Below are positions 1 through 9,800 of a DNA stretch of 64,000 bases, piece by piece. A program made the position numbers and the translations under genes. This DNA is from a virus. The DNA lies in IMG/VR virus record IMGVR_UViG_3300036861_000610, positions 64,001-128,000 of that record; one strand, written 5' to 3'. The notes under the pieces are model-generated. The model ran no database searches and was not told the DNA's origin. It was given only the letters and a program-made list of their open reading frames with translations. The first letter of the stretch is position 1, and each line of letters opens with the position of its first letter.

Positions 1-633
1 GAAGCGGTTGGCGTTCCCGAATCTGTCATCCCGCAGTTGTCCATGGTTGCCCCGACGGCGCAGAGCATCGGCCTTGGCGCCAACGGAGGCAGCAGCAGTG
101 GAGGTAGCGGGCCGCCGCCGCCGATGCCGCCGCCCACGGGCATTCAGTCCGAGCTGCCCAACCCGATCCCGGACACCATGGGTAACGTCGGTGCTCCACC
201 GACCCAGCCCGGAGGCCCGACTGGCCGACCGCCGGACAATAGCCCGCCGCCCACCGGTCTTACCGCTTCAGCGATGACAACCCAGCAGATGGGCGTCGTC
301 GTCCTGGCCGAAGCCACCGTGCGGCGCGCCCTGGAACTGGCTGGCAAGCAGCTGCTCGACAACAAGAACCGCAACCGCTGGCCCGACGTCCCGGCGCACG
401 AGCTGCACACCCGGATCACGGTCGAAGACCAGGCCCGAGCCAACCGGCTACTGCTGCGGGCTTGGGGTCAGTTGGCCAGCCTGGTTGCCGTGGTTGATGA
501 CCAGTTTGACGTCGATCCGCTGGAGAAGAGCCTCCATAAGTACTGCAGCAATTTGCTGGTGCGAGGCGTCGCGCATCAGCCGCCGATGTTGCTCAATGCA
601 CTGCTCGCTGACGGGGTGATCCATGCCAGCTAG
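1..633 (+). CDS. Probable portal protein, C-terminal part (5' truncated)
   Basis: Frame is open from base 1 (EAVGVPESVIPQ...). Pro-rich linker then helical end; lies immediately upstream of the MuF gene. Call rests mainly on synteny. Confidence 0.6.
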   Translation, partial: EAVGVPESVIPQLSMVAPTAQSIGLGANGGSSSGGSGPPPPMPPPTGIQSELPNPIPDTMGNVGAPPTQPGGPTGRPPDNSPPPTGLTASAMTTQQMGVVVLAEATVRRALELAGKQLLDNKNRNRWPDVPAHELHTRITVEDQARANRLLLRAWGQLASLVAVVDDQFDVDPLEKSLHKYCSNLLVRGVAHQPPMLLNALLADGVIHAS

Positions 634-1351
634 TCGCGGCGCGGAGGACGGGGTCTTCCGGGCTGCCCGGGAAGGCTTGGTCAAGTGGCTCGGCCGGACC
701 CGTGAGGCGGTCATGGCGCCGTGGCGCCAGTTCAAGGCGACACCGAACCCGGCGGCTATTGCCTCGACTGTTCCTTTGTGGAGGGAGCAGGTCGACCGGA
801 TTCTTCCGGCGCTGACTCCGGCGCAGCGGGAAGGGTGGGCGGCAGCGCATCTGGTTGGTGACTTTGAGCCGAATGATCCGTTCATTCAGGCAAATCTTGC
901 TCTTACTCGTAATCTTCTTGTTCGTATTCCAGACGAGGTCCATGCGTTGGTGGTGGGCGCAATCCTCGAAGGGTCTAAGCGAGCTGAGTCAACGGAGCAG
1001 ATTGCTCAGCGCGTGGAGGACATCCTCACGTTCACTGGTTCGGAGAACTGGGAGAACCGTGCAAAGGTCATCGCGCAGACAGAAACGAACCGGCACTTCA
1101 ACGGCTCCGCGCTCGCCCACGGGCTCTTGCGCGAGCAGATGGGGGATGCCTCGTTGACAAAGAAGTGGGACACGATGATGGACGGCAAGGAGCGACTCGC
1201 GCATCATGAAGCGAACGACAACGTCCAACCACTGAAGCAACCATTTATAGTCGGCGGTGAAGAGTTGCTGTTTCCAGGTGACCCCGCCGGACGGCCATCG
1301 AACATCATAAATTGCCGGTGCGGTATCCAGATCTTGAAGAGCGGTAGGTAG
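623..1351 (+). CDS. MuF/SPP1 gp7-like minor head (head morphogenesis) protein
   Basis: C-terminal KKW..D.KER..H...FIVGGEELLFPGDP......INCRC signature of Phage_Mu_F. Confidence 0.9.
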   Translation: MPASRGAEDGVFRAAREGLVKWLGRTREAVMAPWRQFKATPNPAAIASTVPLWREQVDRILPALTPAQREGWAAAHLVGDFEPNDPFIQANLALTRNLLVRIPDEVHALVVGAILEGSKRAESTEQIAQRVEDILTFTGSENWENRAKVIAQTETNRHFNGSALAHGLLREQMGDASLTKKWDTMMDGKERLAHHEANDNVQPLKQPFIVGGEELLFPGDPAGRPSNIINCRCGIQILKSGR

Positions 1352-1359
1352 GTGGCCTT

Positions 1360-2553
1360 ATGGTTGTTCGGTTCAAGGGACTCATCGCCCCAACCGAAGT
1401 ACCCACGGGCGATGGCCGGATGTTTGCCCCTGGAAAACTAACTAGTCGTCCCATGCCTATCCCCTTGATGGTCCGCTTCGGTTCTGGTGGTCATGACAAC
1501 GCCACTGTGTGTGGGAAGATCACCCGGATCTTCGACGGCCCCGGCGGCTACTGGGCACAGGGTGAATTTCTCGACCCAGCAATGGTTCCCGAGGTTCCTA
1601 AGGCCATCTACATGCTCAACGAAAAGGTAATGGGCCCTTCCGTTGACCTGGACCGCGACTTCACGGTGAAGGCCATCAAGCACCCCACGCGGCCCGACAA
1701 GAAGGCTGGCCTCTTCGAGGAGTACAACGTTATTGGCGCCACCCTCGTGCCGATGCCGGCCTTCTACCAGGTGCATATGTCGGTCGATACTGACGAGGAC
1801 CGGGCGCTGGTCGCCTCAGTTATGCCCAATTTGGACATGTCCGATTGGCACCCTTTCGCAGTGAACGGCGACAGCTGGAAGCAGTGGCCACTGGCTCCGC
1901 GCGACTACAAGTTCGACGCTGACGATGCAGTGAAGCGCATCGCTTTCTGGTCCGGGATCGGTTCGAAGGAACCCAGCCTCGACCGCTACGCCTCGGCGTT
2001 CCTGTGGCGCAACGGCGACCAGGTCGGGGACTCTTTGGCGCAGGACTCCTTCCGGCTGCCGCTGTGCGACATCATCAACGGCCAGCCGCACCTGATCTAC
2101 CACGCGGCGTACGCCGCTGCAGCCCTGCTGTCCGGAGCCCACGGCGGCCTGCCGAACATTCCCGAAGATGACAAGAAGGCCATGGTGCCGGTCATCAACG
2201 AAATCTACGCGGCGTGCGCCGAAGCCTACGGCGACCCGAACCTGACCTCTCCGTTCATGGAAGGTCAGAACAGCCCCCAGTACTCGGTCACTGTTGTCGA
2301 TGGTGACGATTGTGGTTGTGACCTGCAGTCCCATGTCGAATCCAGTAAGACGTACAACCCGGCCACTGGACTGCTGACGATTATCGACCACACTGGCGCC
2401 GAGACGGTGGTACCGATCAGCAACTTCACCACCATCACCTTTGCGCCCGTCCCCCCAGACGTAGTGAAAAGCATCGCAGAAGAAAAAGAATCCTATGGGC
2501 CTGACGGGTGCCACTTCGACGAAAACGGCATGTGTGCCGTGTGCGGTTACTAG
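1360..2553 (+). CDS. Capsid maturation protease-like protein, first half, with extra helical domain
   Basis: N-terminal IAPTEVPTGDGRMF...PIPL..., SVDLD and ATLVPMPAF motifs typical of actinophage prohead proteases; second domain LAPRDYKFDADDAVKR...AFLWR...RLPLCDIING. Confidence 0.7.
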   Translation: MVVRFKGLIAPTEVPTGDGRMFAPGKLTSRPMPIPLMVRFGSGGHDNATVCGKITRIFDGPGGYWAQGEFLDPAMVPEVPKAIYMLNEKVMGPSVDLDRDFTVKAIKHPTRPDKKAGLFEEYNVIGATLVPMPAFYQVHMSVDTDEDRALVASVMPNLDMSDWHPFAVNGDSWKQWPLAPRDYKFDADDAVKRIAFWSGIGSKEPSLDRYASAFLWRNGDQVGDSLAQDSFRLPLCDIINGQPHLIYHAAYAAAALLSGAHGGLPNIPEDDKKAMVPVINEIYAACAEAYGDPNLTSPFMEGQNSPQYSVTVVDGDDCGCDLQSHVESSKTYNPATGLLTIIDHTGAETVVPISNFTTITFAPVPPDVVKSIAEEKESYGPDGCHFDENGMCAVCGY

Positions 2554-2573
2554 TCATGAAGAAGGTGGCCGAG

Positions 2574-3821
2574 ATGGCTAACAAGAAGGAACCCTACGGC
2601 GACGTGACCTATGGCGACCCCGGCTACAGGGACGGCGTCAAGAGGTATCCCCTGGACTCGGAGGCTCATTGCCGAGCTGCTTGGGCGTATATAAACATGC
2701 CCAAGAACGCTGCCAAGTATGACGCCAAGCAGCTTAAGATGATCAAGGATAGGATCCAAAAGGCTGCCGAAAAGTACGGAATCAACATTGCGGATGCGCA
2801 CACGGGCGATATGGCAGTGGAGGCATCTGACGCAGGGGCCTTGCTGGCGAGTGTCGCGCCCCTGGCGCCCCCGGCAGCCTGGTTCGCGGACCCAGGACTC
2901 AAGGGACCGACGCCCCTAACCATCGACGACGACGGCCACGTCTTTGGGCATCTTGCCCAGTGGAAGGTGTGCCACGTCGGCATCGGCAACAAGTGCGTGA
3001 TGGCGCCCCGCACGCGCACCAACTACAACCTGTTCCGCGTGGGTTCCGTCCGGACCAGCGACGGTAAGGCGGTACCCATCGGCAAGATCACGCTCGGCAC
3101 GGGGCACGCCAGTGATCGGTGGGGCATCATGCCCAGCCGTGAGCACTACGACAACACCGGCTGGGCCGCGGCGGTTGTCAACGTTGGCGAAGATCGCCAC
3201 GGAATCTGGGTCAGCGGATCACTCACCACCACCATGACCCCAGAACGCATCGCTGAACTTCGTGCCGCGTCGCTGTCCGGCGACTGGCGCGAGGTCAACG
3301 GCAACCTGGAGCTGATTGCGGCTTTGGCCGTCAACAGCCCCGGCTTCCCTATCTACCGGGAGCAAGGTGGCCGGTCATTCAGCCTGATGGCGGTTGGCGT
3401 CATCGGCCAGGAGGAGGAGTACATGGGCGAGGAAGAGGCGGAGTTCTCCGTCGAAGAGATGGAAGACGCCACCGGGTTCGCTGCCAAAGACGCCGACGTC
3501 GAGGACGAAGAGGTTGACGACGAGGACGGCGAATACGGCGATGACGAGGACGACGAGGAAGACGACGACGAGGACAACGACGAGGACGGCGAACTGTCCG
3601 CTCGAATCGAACGCTGGAATCAGATCGAAGAGGAGCTGGAAGAGCACCAGTATGAGCGGCGAGCTGCCCAGCTAGCCCAGATTGATGACGAGCGCATGGC
3701 ATTGGCTGAGAAGTCGGAGCGGCTTGCTGAGCCGGCCGGCGCCCTCTCGCCAACTGCTGAAGACGACGCCGTCTTCATCCAGTACAACGCTCGTTTCCAG
3801 GCCCTAGCTCAGGAAGAGTAA
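2574..3821 (+). CDS. Capsid maturation protease/scaffold-like protein, second half (DUF6582-like N-domain, acidic tail)
   Basis: PYGDVTYGDPGY..KRYPLDSEAHCRAAWAYIN domain; PPAAWFADP..GHLA.W..CH, HYDNT, GED..GIWV and SGDWR motifs; D/E tract near the end. Start taken at ATG 2574 after AAGGTGG. Confidence 0.7.
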   Translation: MANKKEPYGDVTYGDPGYRDGVKRYPLDSEAHCRAAWAYINMPKNAAKYDAKQLKMIKDRIQKAAEKYGINIADAHTGDMAVEASDAGALLASVAPLAPPAAWFADPGLKGPTPLTIDDDGHVFGHLAQWKVCHVGIGNKCVMAPRTRTNYNLFRVGSVRTSDGKAVPIGKITLGTGHASDRWGIMPSREHYDNTGWAAAVVNVGEDRHGIWVSGSLTTTMTPERIAELRAASLSGDWREVNGNLELIAALAVNSPGFPIYREQGGRSFSLMAVGVIGQEEEYMGEEEAEFSVEEMEDATGFAAKDADVEDEEVDDEDGEYGDDEDDEEDDDEDNDEDGELSARIERWNQIEEELEEHQYERRAAQLAQIDDERMALAEKSERLAEPAGALSPTAEDDAVFIQYNARFQALAQEE

Positions 3822-3830
3822 GGACGATCG

Positions 3831-6800
3831 GTGGCCATTGATCTCGGCCGGTGGAAGCCGGAACTGCACCCTCGTGACTCGAAGGGTCGGTTCCGTGACA
3901 AGTGGGGACTGTCGCCTAAGGCGATGGCTGACGTGGACAGGCTGCTTGCTGCCTTCACTCACACCCCTCCCCTTCGCAGCAATGCTCATGCTGCGAGCTT
4001 CCTGCGTCAGCAGGCACCTAAGAGATCAGAGCGCCAGAAGGCTGTCCTCAAGAAGTTCCTGACCCGCGAGGGCAACGAAAACATCCAGTCGACGTTGCGG
4101 GCGGGCGACAAGGACACGCCCGACATCAAGGACCTCCGCGGCATGATGGTGCCACTGGAGCACGACTTGATCCTGAGTCGGGTAGTTGGTCCGGACGCGT
4201 TCGGTCTTCGTGCTGAAGACATGGATGGCGTGGAAGAGTGGTCCGGCCAGCGGATGATGGACCCGGGCTTCTCGCCAATGAACATTGGTGACGCCTACCA
4301 AATCGCTGGCCCCCACATTGAAATGCGGGTTCTGGTGCCTCGCGGTACCCCCGCCATCATTGTTGGTGCTGACGGCAACAGCGATGCTGACTCCCGGACC
4401 GTCATCTTGCCTGACGGCCTTGCTGTCCAAAACATCAAGATCCAAAGCGATGGCCGTGGCGGCTGGTACGCCATGTCGGTCGTTGGGTCACAGCAAGGCG
4501 TTGGCAAGTCGCCCCAGGCCCTCGCTGGCCGACCGCTGAAGGCCACCGAAAAGGCCCCAGCAATCGATGCAACACCCGACGAACTGGAACGTCGCGGCAT
4601 CTCCCCAGAGGAAGCCGGGATTCCAGCCCCCCAGGAGCAGCCGGGACGGTTTGGTCCAACAACCCCGTCGCCGGGAGCAGGACAGCGGGTCCTACCTCAA
4701 GCTGCACCAGGGCCAGAGCCGGCAGGGCCGAGCATTCCGAACCCGGCGGCCGGCGGTGTCCGCAAGGCCACCCCCATCCCGGCCGACGAAGTGCCTCTCG
4801 GTGCCGGCAAGGTCGTTGGTCCCGACACTGAAATCACGCCGCGGAAGAAGATCACGCCGCGACCCTCCAACCAGGTTGTCGATGAGGATGTCGCCCAGGC
4901 TGCTGACGCCAAGAAGGTAGCGGCGGCGGCCGACAGGGAGGCCAAGGCTCGGGAGGCTCGGCGCGTTGCCGCCGAGAAGGTGGTTGCCGACCGCGAAGCG
5001 CGGATGGAGCGGGAGCGGGCGGAGATCGCAGCCGAACGCGCCCAGGTTTCCGAGCAGAAGACGCAGATTATCGACCAGCAGCAGAAGCTGCTGGAGACCC
5101 TGATTGCCCAGCAGGGCGGCGGCGAAGGCGGCGGTACTCGGGCGGCAGACCTCACTCCGGCCCAAAAGAAGGCCGTCAAAGGTCGGGTGCGCCCAGAAGG
5201 CACCACTGACGAGGACCGTCGGCAGCAGGAGCTGGTCCGCCAGATCGATGCTGAGGAGGCAGCTGCAGCGGCACAGCCGGCGAAGAAGGGCATCAAGAAG
5301 GCTGCCAAAGCAGCGCCGGAGGCGGCCTCTGAGGCAGCGCCTGAGCCAGCTAAGACCGCCAAGAAGGTCGCCAAGAAGGCTGCGCCGCGAGTCAACCACG
5401 TCGGTACCCAGATCCGTAAAGATAAGTTCAAGAACCTGCAGGCCGGCGACGTGGTCGAAGTGCCGCCGCGCAACGGCCGGCCGGCCCGGCAGGCCACCGT
5501 CGACTTCGTTGACCGCGACGGCAACATTCACTTCACCGACAACTCCACAATCACTGGCGACGTCGGCACCATCCGGGTCGTGTCGCAAGGCACGTTGAAG
5601 CCGACGCCCGCAGTCCGGGCCAGGATGCAGCGTGCCTCCGACCGGGCCGCCGCCGGCCTCACCCCCAACGAGACTCTCCTGGCCGTCGCCGCCGGCAAGA
5701 TCACGCCCGAGCAGGCCGCTAAGAACCTCGAAAACAAGCTCATGGACGCGCGCAAGCTGCAGCTGCAGTTGGGCGACTTCGCGCCACCAGAGCTGGCCAA
5801 GGCCATCGAGGGCATCGAAAAGGTCGTCCGGGAGCTGCGTGCCCAGGAGGCTCCGTCGCCTGAGGCCGCCAAGAAGACGACCGCAGCGATGAAGCGTGCC
5901 GCCAAGAAGATCGCCGCGGACCGCGAGGCTGGCGGCGAAGAGGTGCCGCTGGAGGCTGTCCGCGAGACTCCGGCGACGAAGAGGGCTGCCGCGAAGGCTG
6001 CCCGGTCCATCAAGAAGGCCGCATCAACACCTGGTCCTGAGCTGTTGGACGAGACTCGGCCCGACGCCGAAAACATCAACGAGGTTCGTCAGGCGAAGAG
6101 CCTGGCCGACATCAACGCCATCGCGGCCACGCACAAGATCCAGATTCCGAAGAGTGTCGGCCGCCGTGAGGACCGCCGCGCCTTCCTGGAGAAGGCCCTG
6201 GCGATGCGGGACGGGGAGTCGAAGGCCGACTACGACGCCCGGATCGAGGGGCTTGGAGCCCCGGCCAAGAAGGCCGTCAACCCCTTGGTCAATGCCAGGC
6301 AGCGGCTGAAGGCTGGCGAAGATCCTGCGGCTGTTGCTCGCAGTCTGCGTAGTCGCGCCAATGCTCTGGACCGGTCTCTGCGCGTCGAGGGTGCACCAGG
6401 CGCTGACTCGGATTGGCGTAAGCGGACCGAGCAGCGTGTCACTGCGATGCGCAAGATGATCGCCGAACTGGAAGGTACGCCTGAGGCCCCGGCGGCGAAG
6501 AAGGCCGCCACGAAGGTTGCGAAGGCTGCACCGGCCAAGAAGGTTGCCGCTAAAGTCGCGAAGGCCGCACCGGAGAAGAAGGCAGTCCCGGCTAAGAGGG
6601 CGCTGCCCGACCGCGAAGCGCAGGATGCGGATGCGAAGCTTCAGGATTACGCGGAGGAGCTGAACAAGACTCTTACCCCCGCACAGAAGAGCCAGTTGGA
6701 CAAGGCCAATCTGAGCAACACGACCACACGGCAGTACTACGAAAGCCGCCGTTCTGGCGACTCTCACGCCAAGGCGCTGCGTGGGGCCAAGGCGGAGCAG

Positions 6801-9800
6801 GCGCGTCTGCGCGAGCAGTTCGAGAAGGAAAACGCACCGATTGTTCCTGGCTCGGCAAAGAAGGCGGCCAAGAAGGTTGCACCCGAGAAGGCAGCTCCGG
6901 CCAAGGTGGCCGCCAAAGCCATCAAGAAGGCCACTCCGGCCAGAGTCGCCGAGAAGCCGGTTATTACCCGGGCCACTCCGGTGTCCAAGATGGACGACGA
7001 TGCTGTCGTGGCTGAGGCTGCGAAGATCGAGGGTGCGCCCGAGACTCCGCGGCAGCGCGCTATCGCCCGTCGCGCCGCTCTGATCAACACTCGCCGCGAA
7101 CGGGTGCAGGCGCGCGAACAGGTCCAGGCCGCTCGGACGGCTGAGGCTGAGGCGCGTAAGGCAACGGCGGCGGCGAAGAAAGAAGCTGCTGCCGCGAGGC
7201 TGGATGCCGCCAACGCCCGAAAGGAAGCTGCTGCCGCGAAGAAGGCAGCAGCTGCGGCCAAGAAGGCCGCGCCGGAGAAGAAGGTCGCGAAGGCCCCAGC
7301 TAAGAAGGTCGTGAAGGCGGCACCGGAGAAGAAGGCCGTTCCGGCCAAGGCTCCGGCGAAGAAGGTGGCAGCGAAAGCTGCACCCGAAAAGGCTGCACCG
7401 GCCAAGAAGGTGGCCAAGGCCGCTCCGGCCAAGGCTGCTAAGGCGGCAACCGAGAAGCCAGTCATCACCCGCAAGGCCACCACCAAGGCGGCTGCCCCCG
7501 AGGCGCCCCCGGCCAAGGCGGCACCCACCGCCGCCCCCGGCACCGCGGCCAGACGTATCACGGCACTGCGTGCAGTGCCCGGCACCCGCGTCATGGTGGC
7601 AAAGCGCTCAGATGGCAGCTACGGATCGGCACCGCGTAAGACTGGCGCCATCCCCATCGAGGTCACAGCTCTGGATCGGGTCGGCGGCGGCCGGGGTGGT
7701 CGGTCTCGTCTCCGGATTACGGGCACCGACCCGGACGGGAACCAGGTTCAGCTCGACGTTTCGCCGTCGCAGACTTTCCCGCTGGAGGCGGCGCCCGCGA
7801 AGAAGGCCGCCAAGGCCATCAAGAAGGCTGTGCCGGCGAAGGCTGCACCTGAGCGGCCAGTCAAGGTTCTTCGCAAAAGTGCGGCCAAGAAAGCGCCAGC
7901 ATCGGCCTTTGACCGGGCTGACGTTATGTCGCGGTTGCAGAATTTTGAAAACCCGCCCAGCCGCAAAGACGCCACATCTTTACTGGAGCCCGCCTCCCGC
8001 GCAGACCTCCTTGCTATGGCGAAGGAAATAAGCATTCCGGGTGCCTCCCGGAAGACATCACCGGAGCTGCGTCGGGAGGTTGTCGAGGCCACAGCTGGTC
8101 GGCGCCTTGATTCTATTGCCATCCGCGGGTTCCGCGGCGAACGTCCGGGCGAGGCTGGAGTTCCGGAGGAACGTGCTGTTCGCCGGGCCAAGCCAGAAGC
8201 CCCGGTGGCCAAGAAGGTTACCCCGGCTGCCAAGAAGGTGGCCAAGGCTGCGCCGGTCAAGAAGGTGGCCGCTAAGGCCACACCGGAGAAGACCGCCCCC
8301 GCCAAGAAGGTGACGAAGGCTGCGCCGGAGAAGCCAGTCATCACCCGCAAGGCGACGACCAAGGCTGCACCGACCAAGGCTGCTACGCCAGCCAAGAAGG
8401 TGGCGGCGAAGAAGGTCGCCCCGGCCCCGAAGCAGAGTCTTGCCGAGTACACGGAGCAGACCCGCGCCGGCATGGGCCCGCTGCACGAGAAGCAGGTTCA
8501 TGGGCTGCGGTCCGGGCTCAGCGAAAGCTCGGTGGAGGAGTACTACAAGCGTCGGCAGGCTGGGGAAACCCACACTGCCGCCCTGCGCCACGCCCATGTT
8601 GCCCAGGGCAAGGTCAACGCCGAACGCGCCAAAGAACGTGCAAAGATCAACAAGGAGTCGGTGGCTAAGCTCACCGGCGAGCAGCGCGCGGCCCTGGTCG
8701 AATTTCGTGACAGCCATGTCGACGGGCTGAACAGCCGTCAGGCCAGCCAGGTCCGCAAGCTGGCCACCGGAAACGACGAGGTTTACTGGGCCCGTCGTCG
8801 GGCTGGAGCCGAACACCTTGAGGCCATGAAGGGTCTGGGGGAGGCGCCGGCCGCCAAGAAGGTCGCCAAGGCTGCGAAGAAGGCTATACCTGAGGTGCCG
8901 GCTGCGGCGAAGAAGGCCCCGGCGAAGGCCATCAAGAAGGCAGCCCCAGAAAAGCCATTTGACTTTACTCGTGCAACAACCGACGAAATCGAAGCAGCTG
9001 TAGAGGACGGCCGCCTTAAGACAATAGGTGATTCCAACCGGATTAACTTCAAGGCATCTGCAATCGATCGAGCAAGCAGGGACCTTGGTCGCGATGATGC
9101 CGCAGAAGTAAAGCGACTGCGGGATCTCGCGCGCCGTGTTAGCGAAGTTGCCCAGCCCAGTACCGAAGAACAGGAAGAAAACGCCCGACGCTTCAAGAAG
9201 AGCCAGCAGCGAAACGCCCTCATTGCCAAACGTCTAAGCGACCGCGGCATCACAAGTCCATCTTTGGACGAGATGCGGGCCGAGGCTCTGCTTATAGACG
9301 CGGAGGAGAAGGCCGCCTCAGCCAAGGCCGTCAGGGCCCCGGCGAAGGCCATCAAGAAGGCTGCCCCCGAGAGGCCGGTCATCACTCGGGCTGCGGCCAA
9401 AAAGGCCGCCGCAACTGAAGCACCGACCAAGGTTGCACTGAAGCGTAAGGGCCCCGGTACCAGGCCGGCTCCGACCGATGAGCAGATCCGCGAAGCGATG
9501 ACGCCGCGGATGAAGCAGCAGTTCGAGGGCCTGGACGACGCTGGCACAGCCAAGTACCTGGAGTCTCGCCGGAGCGGCGAGAACCACACCGCCTCCCTGC
9601 GGGAAGCCAAGAAGGTCGCTGCACCTGCCGCAAAGAAGGTGCCCGCTAAGGCCATCAAGAAGGCAGCTCCGGAGAAGCCAGTCATCACTCGGGCTACTCC
9701 AGTGTCCAAGATGGACGATGACGCAGTTATAGCCGAGGCTGCGAAGATCGAAGGCGCTCCTGCGACGCCTCGCGAACGGGCGATTTCCCGCAAGGCTGGG

